A stretch of DNA of 64,000 bases from Chrysemys picta bellii (Eukaryota), in NCBI RefSeq assembly GCF_011386835.1, contig NC_088802.1, positions 744,001 through 808,000 of the forward strand, written 5' to 3'. Shown one piece after another: positions 1 through 10,284 of this stretch. Each line of letters starts with the position of its first letter. Position 1 is the stretch's first letter. Made by a program: the position numbers and the translations under genes. A model generated the notes under the pieces. That model saw nothing but the letters and a program-made list of their open reading frames with translations, was not told the origin of the DNA and made no database searches.

Positions 1-1721
1 CTAATTTCTACAATATCCCTGCCCAACTCGGTGAATGTGTATTGCAAAACATCTCGGTAAAAGTACATTTTAAAATAATTGCCACAGATCCTGATATGCA
101 AAAATCAAGAAAACACCCATTAAATGGACCACATGTGGTAAACTTGGATCATAGGGAACAAGTTATTATATCCCCAATAGCATCTCGAAAGCAAATGGAG
201 CTGGACGTTACGGGGTTAAATGTGTCCAAGATCATACCTCAATGCGCCCCGTATGTACAAACTCCCCATCAGGGGTGGGCAGCATGGTTAAACTGATGGT
301 CTATTGAAAAGTCCATAAGGAAGGGAACCCCAAGGGGTGTATTGGAGACTGTTTTGGGTGGAACTGGATTAGGAGTTCGAGCATTGGATGCTACTAACAT
401 GGAGGGAATGGCAAACACACAAAATTATCTTACAGCTGAAACACAAGAATCGGGAAAGCCCATCAGTGCATCCTTGTCAAAGTTAGGATTGGGGCAACAA
501 TTGTTTTCTAACATACTGCCAGTCTGGCAACAGCGAGGCGAAAAGGATTTGTTACTGTTAGCAGGGACTATGGAATCAATACAAGAAAATGTGTCCCTAG
601 CGTTAGCCTGTACACAGACCCAGGAACTGAGTCAGCAATTGGTCGTTCGAATACTCCGGGAAGGCATGCCAGGAAATCTGCCTTTGGAAATAAAGAAGTT
701 GTGAGAACATGTTGCAGAAGGGGAGAGACAATTAATGGTGTGGTGGAAATCAGTCAATTTTACCCTAAATAAAGATCAAATGGTTCTACAAGCATATGTA
801 GTAACCGAACACCCCAACCTAGCTACTGATATAGATCCAGTGGTACCTGTGGGAATCCAGCTAACGAAAAAATCTGGTTCTGTGTTCCACTGAATCTGAT
901 CATCATTCCTGGGCATATAAAGAAAACCAACAATGGAAAAAGATTGACATGTTTCAGTGGGGAGCCCATGAAAATTTGGGATGCGTGTGTTAGGATCAAA
1001 GTGTACAAGAAAGAGATGAATGTTTCTCTGTTAAAGACAAAGGAACCCAAAGATGTATGTTTGATATATTCACCAAACAAACGTCGGCTGTTGTGTATGC
1101 AGGAAGGGGATGTGTTTGTGTTAGGAGTCATTGTCCAATGGCAGCAGTAGAGGATGAGGAATTGTATTTTATGACTTAATCAATAGATGTTTTTGTAACA
1201 TTACAAAGATTAAAAGTTGTGAGTTTGAATACTATGTACCTGTATGGACTGTAAAGTACTTGAAGTTTAAACCACAATTGTATCGCAATGTAACGCCTGT
1301 AACCTTAGGCATGAATATGACCATGATAAGCAAATTGTTAATCCATCTGTAACCAGGGGGGCCTTGGTGAGACACTACTGAGAGCACCAATGCAGGGCAA
1401 ATTGCTGAAAAACCGGCAGTCACAGCCCACAAGGATGGGGATCCTTTGCTTACAAGGTGTCCCAAACCAGCCCAAAAGAGAACTTCGGTCTCACCCCACT
1501 GGCTAGTCACACAAGCAATTCCCTCAGACACTCCTGTTTCCCTGTATCACCACCAGTAGCACTCCTTATGGGGATGAGTGGTTATGAAAACCAGTGTCCC
1601 CAGTAAAAGGTTCTTCTGATCCCAAAGGACCAGCCACACCCCAGGTCAATATAAAACTTAGATCTTACCCAAAAACCACTCTGTAGCCAATCCTTTAGAA
1701 TCTAAAATATAAAGGTTTATC

Positions 1722-1772
<51 letters not shown>

Positions 1773-2871
1773 GAAAGGCGAGAGTAAAATTGGTTGAAGG
1801 AATCAAATACATACAACAATTGCAAAGTCCTTGGTTCAGGTTTGTTTCAGGCTTGATGGAATAAACTGCTGGCTCAAGTCAAGTCTCTGGAACTTCCCCA
1901 GCTGGGATGGGTCCTCAGTCCTTTGTTTAAAGCTTCAGTTTGTAGCAAAGTCCCTCCAGAGGTCGGAAGCAGGACTGAAGCCAAAATGGAGACATTCTTA
2001 AGGCCTTAAATAGTTTCTGCCCAGGGCAGAGAAATCCTTTGTTCTCCCTGTGGAAAATCACAGTAACAAGATGGTGTCCGGTCACATGAGCCATCACATG
2101 GGCACATCACCTGTCCATGCATGACTCAGTTCTTTACAGGTAGACGCCACTGCCCACGTGCTAGTTTGAACGTTCACAGGAAGGATCATCAGATGTGGTT
2201 TGGCATCTTCCAAGGCCCATTGTCAGTCAAGTTCTTCTAATCAACTTGAATCGTCCCTCCAAGACTTGCTGGCTAAATACTTTGTGGGCGTTGCCCCAGG
2301 ATTCAAACAATTGAAATCAGGTATAGAGCCAATACTCATAACTTCAAATACAAAAACGATACATGCACCCAGAGAGCATCATCACAACCAGCCAATCACA
2401 ACCTTTTAATAGACGTCTTACTTTGCCCATATTGTACAAGATTTGTTGCAAATATAGAACAGTGGTTGCAACAATGATCTATACGTTCACATTACAATCA
2501 GATAATGTCACACCATCCTATGTTACATTCACATTTACAGTGTATTGCACAGACAGGAGAACAAATACGTATTGAAGTACAACACGATCATGCAGAAATC
2601 ACTCATGCTAAAAATTGTTGCAGATGCAGGTCATCACTCCTGGTGTGAGACACTATTAGGGTTGTCACCTTCTGCAACGGGTGTGCTAAATATCATGGTT
2701 CACCCCACTGTGGTGATCATTGGAATCCAACTGGCTTTATTAGTCAGCATAATAGCTTTGGCTTGCTGGGTGAAGAGAACGGTCCGAAGCCTACAGGAAG
2801 CCGGCCTGCAAAGTCAAGTAAGGCTCTTGTTAATTATACCCAGGAGGCAAACCCAAGCTCAGCAGGTCTGA
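1..2871 (+). pseudogene. env: Decayed endogenous retrovirus env (SU end and TM), interrupted by a solo LTR at 1348-2512
   Basis: Fragmented frames give a fusion-peptide-like VLGGTGLGV, NVSLALACTQTQ, CVCVRSHC, CNITKIKSCEFEY, GMNMTMISKLLIH and, after the insertion, HPMLHSH...HHSWCETLLGLSPSATGVLNIMVHPTVVII (membrane anchor). These match my recollection of sauropsid ERV env proteins. Multiple stops and frameshifts. Confidence 0.8.
1348..2512. mobile_element. Solo LTR (1165 bp, TG...CA) nested in env, with an internal (GAAA)n microsatellite at about 1723-1772
   Basis: Starts TGTAAC and ends GTCACA, flanked by the exact 5-bp direct repeat CCATC (1343-1347, 2513-2517). The env reading frame resumes across the junction. 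Confidence 0.85.
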
Positions 2872-2930
2872 GTATTGGACTCCTGCAGTAGTAAGGACGG
2901 CTTTAGTAAAAGCGTCGTTAAGGAGGGGAC

Positions 2931-3861
2931 TGTATGGATCAGGCCTTCGTCTGTAGCCAGATTGAAAGAGCAGCAGCCATGAGCGGAGAAGCAGGAAGTC
3001 ACATCCTCACATCCCATCTACATGACATTAACACGATGTCAGATCTGGCTGGTAAGGAGGAGACCCCGTCCTAACGGCCCCACCATCACCAGATACAGAA
3101 ACAGAGCTTAAGATGGTTAAAGAAAACATAGTTCGATGGCATCTTGTCGGGCACGAAATCACTTCTCAATAGTTGGGGTTATGAAATCCTCATTTCTTTA
3201 TTGTTCTATCATTATTGTCCCCACTTCCCTACTGTTTGTCTGTATGATTTGTCTGGTTCTTTGATTGTTTCTGTCTGCTGTATAATTAATTTTTCTAGCT
3301 GTAAATCAATTAAGGTGGTGAGATATAATTGCTTAGAGAATTACATTACACTATGTTAGGATTGGTTAGTAAAATTTTAGTACAATGATTGGTGAAGGTG
3401 CAGCTAAGCAGAACTCAAGTTTCACTCTATAAATTGGGTCCAAAAGGAAGTTCTTTGGGAACCAACTCCAGGACACAGCCCCCAAGATCAGAGCTGCCAG
3501 ACCTCAACACCCCACCAATGACACCGGGTATAAAGTGGAGTCCCCCACGTGGACCTGCTCCTGACTGGCCAGCAGGGAAAGTTCATGTGTCTCATTGGGA
3601 GTGGTGAGCTGTGTGTGTAGCGTGTGCGTCTGTTTGTGGGGATTGATAACAAATAGAGGATCAGGATATTACTGTGTGAGGCTCTTTCACCGGTAAAAGC
3701 CCCCACAAACTCGCAGAGTGCAGGGTTACGCCTGAGCCCACAGAAGAGCAGGGGTGGGTGGCTGCCTAAATTAAGAGGGTTACGTGTGCCTGGGCCCTAG
3801 GAACGGCTGAGGGTGGGTGCCCCAGCGTGTGTGAGTGAGAGAGAATTTGGGGCAGGTAACA
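2931..3861 (+). mobile_element. 3' LTR of the env-bearing provirus
   Basis: Polypurine tract AAGGAGGGGA (2920-2929) just after the env end, followed by TGT; TATA-like CTATAAA near 3426; plausible end GGTAACA at 3861. The 3' end is less certain because the 5' LTR and TSD are outside the window. Confidence 0.6.
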
Positions 3862-3882
3862 TCCTGACTCCCAGGCCTCGTG

Positions 3883-5010
3883 CTCATAGACTCATAGACT
3901 TTAAAGCCACAAGAGACCATCCAGATAATCTAGTCTGACCCCTGCACATCGCAGGCCACAGCCCCTCCCCCACCTGCTCCTGTAACAGACCCCGAGCTCT
4001 GGCTGGGTCACTGACGCCCTCAAACCGTGGGTTAAAGACTTAAAGTTACAGAGATGCCACCATTGACCCTAGTTTAAACCTGCCCGTGACCCATGTCCCA
4101 GGCTGCAGGGGAAGGCGAAACCCCCGCAGGGTCTCTGCCAATCTGAGCTGGGGGGAAATTCCTTCCTGACCCCAAATCTATCAGTTAGACCCGGGGTCTC
4201 AAACTCAAAATACCACGAGGGCCACATGAGGGCTAGTTCATTGGCCTGACACACACCCCCTTGCTGCCCCCGGCCCTGCCCCCACTCCACCCCTTCCATG
4301 AGACCCCGCCTCTTCCCCCCCTTCCCTGCCCCCATTCCAACCCCTTCCCTGAAGTCCCCACCCCAACTCCGCCCCCTCCCTGCCCCCACAGGGTGCATGA
4401 GGGGTGTGGCGGGGGCTCAGGGCAGGGAGTTGGGGTGCAGAAAGGGTGTGGGATGCAGCAGGGGGCTCAGGACAGGGGGTTGGGGTGTGGGGTGCAGGAG
4501 GGCTTCGGGCTTCGGGGTGGGAGTGGCGCACACCGGAGCGGGGCCAGGGCAGGCTGCCGGCCCCAGCCCCGCTCCAGGAAGATGGAACCATGCCAGTGTG
4601 GCCCCTGGGGGAGGGGGATTCAGGGCTCCACACACTTCTTGCCGCTCCTCCAGGTACCTCCCACGAAACTCCCGTTGGCCGCGGTTCCCCGTTCCCGGCC
4701 AATGGGAGCTGCGGGGGGGGGGGAGCGGGGGGGGGCATACCTGGAAGCCAGGGCAACACACGGACAGAGCCCTCTGCTTCTCTTCCCCCCCCACCCCGCC
4801 ACAGGGACATGATGCCAGCTGGCATGGGGCTCGAGGGGGGCAATCCCGTGGGTGTAGTTTGCCCACCCCTGACCTGGAGGTAGGCCGGGGGTTGGGCACG
4901 GGCCGGTCGGCGGGCCACAGGAAATAGCCCCGCGGGCCACATGCAGCCCACGTGTTTCAGACCCCTGAGTTAGACCCTGAGCATGTGGGCGAGACCCACC
5001 AGCCAGCCCC
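3883..5010 (-). mobile_element. CR1 LINE 3' fragment, interrupted by a hAT element
   Basis: CATAGACT-CATAGACT tail (reverse of the CR1 3' octamer repeat) followed by typical CR1 3' UTR sequence, which continues after 4967. Confidence 0.6.
4191..4967. mobile_element. Non-autonomous hAT DNA transposon
   Basis: Imperfect TIRs CCGGGGTCTCAAAC / GTTTCAGACCCCTG and an exact 8-bp TSD AGTTAGAC (4183-4190, 4968-4975). Confidence 0.85.
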
Positions 5011-5199
5011 TCCCCGGACTCCCCAGCCCGCCCTGGTCACTGACCCCGCCCAGCGAGCAGGGATCAGCGCGGGCGGCCGGCTTACCAGCAGGTGTTTTCC
5101 CGGGGTGGGGGTGGGGGAGATGCCCCTCGCTGGCTGCCACCAGGCCCCAGTACCGAGCCCACCCCCCAGGGTCACCGGGAGGGAGCCCGGAGCCCTGCG

Positions 5200-5549
5200 G
5201 AGGAAATCGCTGCTGGGCCGGCGTGAGGGGGGGATCCGACCGTCCATGGGCAGCCCCCGCTGTGCGGGTCCCGGAGGAGGACGGGGCGATCAGACCCTGG
5301 GTGGGTTGCAGAGAGCTCTGTGCTATCCCCGTGTCTGACACCTGCCCCAGGACAGGTGAGATCCTGGCCAGGCTGGGAGGGGCCCAGTTCCTGATCATGG
5401 CTGACCTCACTAACGGGCATTGTCAGGGGCCTTGGCCTCAGATACCCGGCTCCAGTCGGCATTTACCCCCCCCCCTCACTGGGGCTATGGCAGTTCCTGG
5501 TCCTGCCGTTTGGGCTGGGGGGGCCCGGCTCCCTTCCAGCGGCCGGTAG
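5200..5549 (+). mobile_element. Highly degenerate Gypsy-type reverse transcriptase remnant
   Basis: VPEEDGAIRPWVGCRELCAIPVSDTCPRTGEILARLGGAQFLIMADLTNGH, then after a frameshift AFTP..GLWQFLVLPFGLGGAPAPFQR, parallel the Gypsy RT motifs VPK.DG..R.C.D.R.LN...LG.A.F....DL..G..Q and G.YEF..LPFGL..APA.FQR. Confidence 0.65.
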
Positions 5550-5837
5550 CTCCGGTGTGGGGTGGGCTGGGGAGTGTCCCCTGGCGTGGCTAGAGGGTGT
5601 TTGTATGTTAGTCAGACCTGGGCAGAGCCTGTGACCCGTGTCAGGCGGGGGTTGGTGGCATCCAGACCCCAGCCCTGCCTGGGAAGGGGGAGCAGGGCAG
5701 GGTGGGGCTGGCAGAAGGGGGGGATCTCGGCCATGGATGGGGGAGGGGCTGCATGAAACCAGAGCCTGAAATAGTGGAGGGACTGAGACCTGGGCCGTCC
5801 CCAGCCAAGGGAGCAGGTACCGGCCGTCAGTTGCTGG

Positions 5838-6067
5838 CAGGGGCGGCTCTACGTTTTTTGTCGCCCCAAGCACGGGAGGGCCGCCGGTCCCGTGGCTTCG
5901 GTGTACCCGCCACTGAATTGCCACCAAAGCCGTGGGACTGGCGGACCTCCCGCAGGCAAGCCCCCGAAGACAGCCTCCTGCCGCCCTCGCAGCGACCAGC
6001 GGGGCGCCCCCCATGGCTTGACGCCCTAGGCACGCGCTTGGCATGCTGGTGCCTGGAGCCGCCCCTG
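5838..6067. mobile_element. hAT-type MITE
   Basis: TIRs CAGGGGCGGCTC / GAGCCGCCCCTG; 8-bp TSD GTTGCTGG / GCTGCTGG (1 mismatch). Confidence 0.75.
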
Positions 6068-6793
6068 GCTGCTGGCAGGGGATTGCCGGAGATTGTCCCT
6101 CGCTGTGGTACCCGCCCGCCCCGTCACGGGCCTGTGTGAGCCGGGGCAGCCAGACAAGGGCGTCTGGTCTAACGGGGCCAGGGGCCGGCTGGGAACAGGG
6201 GGGCAGCCCTGAGCACAGACCCCGCTCTGGGGAGCCGCGACTGCGACAAACCAGTTGTGGGTTTCACAGCCGCCTCTGACAGGCTGCGCTGTTGCGACAC
6301 CATGAACGGGGCAGAGACACCCCCACCCCCGGGGGCAGATCTGAACAAGACACTGCTTCCCGGAGCGAACTAGGGGACAATGGACAATGAACGTCTGGCC
6401 TGGGGATGGACCCTCCGCAAACCACAGTCCTGTCTGTCCTGGAGCCATCGCCCTGTCTGTACTGACCCCTCGCCGGCCCCCAGCCAGTGACAGGGGACTA
6501 ATGGAGCCTGGTGCCCCAGCGAATGGTGGGGGATAACGCAGCTCTCCCAGCGGGCGCCGGGCCAGGCCGTGAGCCAGGATTCCCCCAGGATGCCAGTTGG
6601 CTGCCCTGGGTCCATGACGCCTCCATGCTCCCCTGCCCCCTGTGCCCCATTAGCCATCAGGGCAGGGAGCTGGGACGGCCCCGGTGATGCCCCCCACACT
6701 CCTGGGGAGAGACCCCTGAGCTGGAGCGTGAGCACCAGGGACTGGCTGGCTCGGGGGTCAGGCAATGGGACCCACTAACCCCTGTCTCCCCAG

Positions 6794-7368
6794 AGCCCTC
6801 TGAGGTGACCGTGTTCCCCGAAGACCCCGTGGAGCTGGGCGAGCCCAACGTCCTGATCTGCATCTCGGACAAGTTCTTCCCGCCTGCACTCAGCGTGACG
6901 TGGCTGAAGAACGGGCAGGAGGTGACCGAGGGCGTCTCTGAGACCGACTTCTACCCCCGCCAGGACAACTCCTTCCGCAAGTTCTCCTACCTGCCCTTCC
7001 TCCCCAGCCAGGGCGACTTCTACGACTGCCGGGTGGAGCACGGGGGGCTGCCCGAGCCCTTCACGAAGCACTGGGGTAAGGCCGGGGCGCCCGGGGACCC
7101 CGCTGGGCACAGGGCTGGGAGCCAGGACGCCTGGGTTCTTTCCCGGCTCTGGGAGGGAGGGGTGGGAACAGCCCCCCTCACTCCATGGCCTGTCCCTCTC
7201 CCCCTCTCTCCAGAAGTCCAGGGGCCCACCCCCATCCCCGAGACCACAGAGACCCTGGTGTGCGCCCTGGGCCTGGCCGTGGGCATCATTGGCATCATCG
7301 CAGGCACCATCCTCATCATCAAGGGCATGAAGATGAACGCCGCCCGCAACCCGCGGGGCCCCTTGTGA
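6794..7368 (+). CDS. MHC class II alpha chain (classical DRA/DQA-like), partial: exon 3 (6794-7075, Ig-C1 alpha-2 domain) and exon 4 (7214-7364/7368, connecting peptide, TM, tail)
   Basis: Exon 3 is 282 bp, phase 1-1, and encodes EPSEVTVFPEDPVELGEPNVLICISDKFFPPALSVTWLKNG...DFYDCRVEHGGLPEPFTKHW. Exon 4 encodes ETTETLVCALGLAVGIIGIIAGTILIIKG...RNPRGPL*. AG/GT boundaries are canonical and the frame is intact. Exons 1-2 were not found in the window; a probable 3' exon starts at 8055. Confidence 0.93.
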
Positions 7369-7655
7369 GTAGCCGCTGCCCGGGGAGGGCACCAGCCGCA
7401 CCTGCAGCCCCTGGGCCCACCCAGCACCCCCTGGGGAGACCCCCCCACTGTGCTCCCCCCGCAGCCAGCTACAGCCCGTCCCCCACCCAGCACCCCCTGG
7501 AGAGACCCCCCACTGTGCCCCCACAGCCAGCCACAGCCCCACAGCCCACCCAGCACCTACTGGGGAGACCCCACCCACCCACTGTGCCCCGCAGCCAGCC
7601 ACAGCCCTGGACCCACCCAGCACCCCCTGGGGATACCCCCCCCCCCACACCTGCT

Positions 7656-7886
7656 AAAACAACAAGGAGTCTGGTGGCACCTTAAAGACTAACAGATTTA
7701 TTTGGGCATAAGCTTTCGTGAGTAAAAACCTCACTTCTTCGGATGCATAGAGAGTCTCTATGCATCCGAAGAAGTGAGGTTTTTACTCACGAAAGCTTAT
7801 GCCCAAATAAATCTGTTAGTCTTTAAGGTGCCACCAGACTCCTTGTTGTTTTTGTAGATACAGACTAACACGGCTACCCCCTGATA
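7656..7886. mobile_element. Penelope-like element ends in inverted (head-to-head) arrangement forming a perfect palindrome
   Basis: 7656-7753 is the exact reverse complement of 7755-7852; the right arm continues into ...GATACAGACTAACACGGCTACC, the same tail found at about 9470-9500 and 30240-30270. Confidence 0.8.
7762..7802 (+). ncRNA. Minimal type-I hammerhead ribozyme-like motif (mirror copy at 7706-7746 on the minus strand)
   Basis: GCAT-CCGAAGA-A-GTGAG(GTTTTTA)CTCAC-GAA-AGCT-T-ATGC: stem I GCAT/ATGC, core with a U4C variant, stem II, GAA, and a palindromic AGCT in place of helix III. PLE terminal repeats are known to carry such minimal hammerheads. Activity is not shown. Confidence 0.55.
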
Positions 7887-8414
7887 CTTCCCCCCCACCT
7901 GCTGTGGCACCCCCAGGCAGCTACAGCCCCTCCCCCACCCAGCACCCCCTGCATCAATGGGAGACTCCCTGGGGGTGCTGGGGAGTGGCCCTGATTCCTG
8001 CCAGCCTCGCGTCGGGCCCTGGGCTCCTGGTAACTGACGCTCTTTGCCTTTCAGATAAACGCGGGGAGGAGCCGGGGCCCCTGAATCCCCGATGCCTTCG
8101 TGGGACCCACTCGCACCCCCCCAGCTCTGCCCCCTGCATCCTGGGTCTGCTCCCATCAGTGCCAGCTGCTGTACCCGGGTGGGATCCCCCTGGCCCTGTA
8201 ACCGCACCGAGCCAACCCGCTAGAGACTCACCGGGGAGCTGGACCCTCCGGCTGCCACCGCCTCCACTCTGGGCAGCCCCAGCGCCCGGCTAAAGGCCCC
8301 ATCGTGCCTGTGTGCGGCTCCCCCGGGGTCCAGCCCTGCTGAGCCCAGTGCCTAGCGCGGGGTCTGTGTGGGACGGGCCCAGTCCCTGTATAGTCCCTGC
8401 ACTGGTGCCCCGTG

Positions 8415-8675
8415 TGTGTCACAGCCCTGCCCCCCTCCCGCCCCCGCCCCGGGCCCCGTGTGTGTCACAGCCCTGCCCCCTCCGCCCTGCGCCCCGTGTG
8501 TGTCACAGCCCTGCCCCCCCCCGCCCCCGCCCTGCGCCCCGTGTGTGTCACAGCCCCGCCCCCTCCGCCCTGCGCCCCGTGTGTGTCACAGCCTTGCCCC
8601 CCTCCCGCCCCGGGCCCCGTGTGTGTCACAGCCCTGGCCCCCCCCACCCCCGCCCTGCGCCCCGTGTGTGTCACA
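8415..8675. repeat. Minisatellite, about 38-45 bp unit (GTGTGTGTCACAGCCCTGCCCC...), about 6 copies
   Basis: Direct inspection; GTGTGTCACAGC recurs six times. Confidence 0.9.
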
Positions 8676-9199
8676 GCTGGCAATGCTCCTACTAATGCAG
8701 CCCAAAATGCCGTTAGCCTTCTTGGCAACAAGAGCACACTGTTGACTCATATCCAGCTTCTCATCCACTGTAACCCCTAGGTCCTTTTCTGCAGAACTGC
8801 TACCTAGCCATTCGGTCCCTAGTCTGTAGCAGTGCATGGGATTCTTCCGTCCTAAGGGCAGGACTCTGCACTTGTCCTTGTTGAACCTCATCAGGTTTCT
8901 TTTGGCCCAATCCTCTAATTTGTCTCCGTCCCTCTGTATCCGATCCCTACCCTCTAGTGTATCTACCACGCCTCCCAGTTTAGTGTCATCTGCAAACTTG
9001 CTGAGAGTGCAGTCCACGCCATCCTCCAGATCATTAATGAAGATATTGAACAAAACCGGCCCCAGGACCGACCCTTGGGGCACTCCGCTTGAAACTGGCT
9101 GCCAACTAGACATGGAGTCATTGATCACTACCCGCTGAGCCCGATGATCTAGCCAGCTTTCTATCCACCTTACAGTCCATTCATCCAGCCCATACTTCT
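8676..9199 (-). mobile_element. CR1 LINE ORF2 (RT) fragment
   Basis: Translation [21 protein letters not shown]...[10 protein letters not shown]...[15 protein letters not shown]. Confidence 0.95.
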
Positions 9200-9377
9200 A
9201 AGAACCTGATTGATTTTCAGTGTCCTAAAAACCAAGGGGTTTGGTCTGTGCTCACATTGTATATTAGTCTCAAGCCTCCCCAGGAAAGGAGGTGAAGGGG
9301 TTTGGGGGGATATTTTGGGGAAACAGGAACTCCAAGTGGTCCTTTTCCTGAATCTCTGTCTAATTCACTTGGGTAGT

Positions 9378-9501
9378 TGCGTCTGACGAAGTGGGCATTC
9401 ACCCCCGAAAGCTTATGCTCCAATACATCTGTTAGTCCTAAAGGTGCCACAGGACCCTCTGTTGCTTTTTACAGACTCAGACTAACACGGCTACCCCTCT
9501 G
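9378..9501 (+). mobile_element. Short Penelope-type terminal repeat with a hammerhead-like core, inserted in an LTR-like sequence
   Basis: GCGT-CTGACGA-A-GTGGG(CATTCA)CCCCC-GAA-AGCT-T-ATGC followed by the PLE tail; flanked by TCACTTGG(G)TAGT near-duplicates (9365-9377, 9502-9513). Confidence 0.65.
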
Positions 9502-9713
9502 TCACTTGGTAGTGGCAGCGATACCGTCCAAGAACAAGGAAGGATTTGTGCCTTTGGGAAGTTTTAGCCTAAGCTCTTAGAATTAAGCTTAGGAGATTTT
9601 TCATGGTGGTCCCCACATCTGTATCCCAGAGATCAGAGTGGGGAGGGAACCCCAACAGAGAGAGACACTGGCCTGTCTGGGGGCTGCGGTGACATCCCCC
9701 AGGCTGGGGTCAC

Positions 9714-10284
9714 TGTGACGCGAAGGGCAGATCCCTCCCCCCCCCCCCCCAAACATGGCACCGAGACCCAGCCCAGCTTCGAGCATGTGCCGGGGAGGGG
9801 TGCAAGGGAGACCCCCCCACACCCCCGGCTCCCTCCCACCGGCAGCAATTGGATGCTCCAACCAGCCAATAACGCCACCAACTGACCAAGCTCTCCCATT
9901 GGCCGCTGAGCCTTGGACCCAGCCTCCTGTGCGTTCCCATTGGCTGCTCCCAGCTGGGCATCTGAGATCCCCGGCCCCAGGCCCTGCCTCTGTCCATTGT
10001 CTTCTCTCCAGGGAAACAGGGTCGTAAACCGGGGCCTCCTCTCCTCGCTTCTGTCCTCTGGCTGGAACCGGCTGCGACTCCTGAGCTGGGTCCTCAGGTC
10101 ATCAGTCGCTGGGGTAATCATCCTCCAGGCCATCGGCTGGGTCCCCACGTCCTCTCTGGTCCTCTGCAAAACACACTCCCTCTCTCCTCACCTCGTTAAA
10201 CCAGTAACACCCAGGGAAACTGAGTCCCACCCCCTCTGCATGCAACCCATTGGAAAAACCAAGAAAATCCCTCACTTCGTCACA
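9714..10284. mobile_element. Solo-LTR-like element
   Basis: TGTGACG...CTTCGTCACA termini like the other LTRs in the window; no matching TSD found. Confidence 0.5.

Noticed and set aside
1-2871. Domesticated (syncytin-like) env gene
   Set aside because: Multiple stops and frameshifts and a 1.2-kb insertion; not an intact ORF.
6794-7368. Naming the class II alpha gene DOA
   Set aside because: Only the position matches; the TM and tail look classical, and the diagnostic alpha-1 exon is absent.
8280-8310. Poly(A) signal of the class II alpha gene (GCTAAA)
   Set aside because: Non-canonical and unsupported; no AATAAA seen, so the 3' end cannot be called. DMB likewise shows only AATACA variants near 53455.
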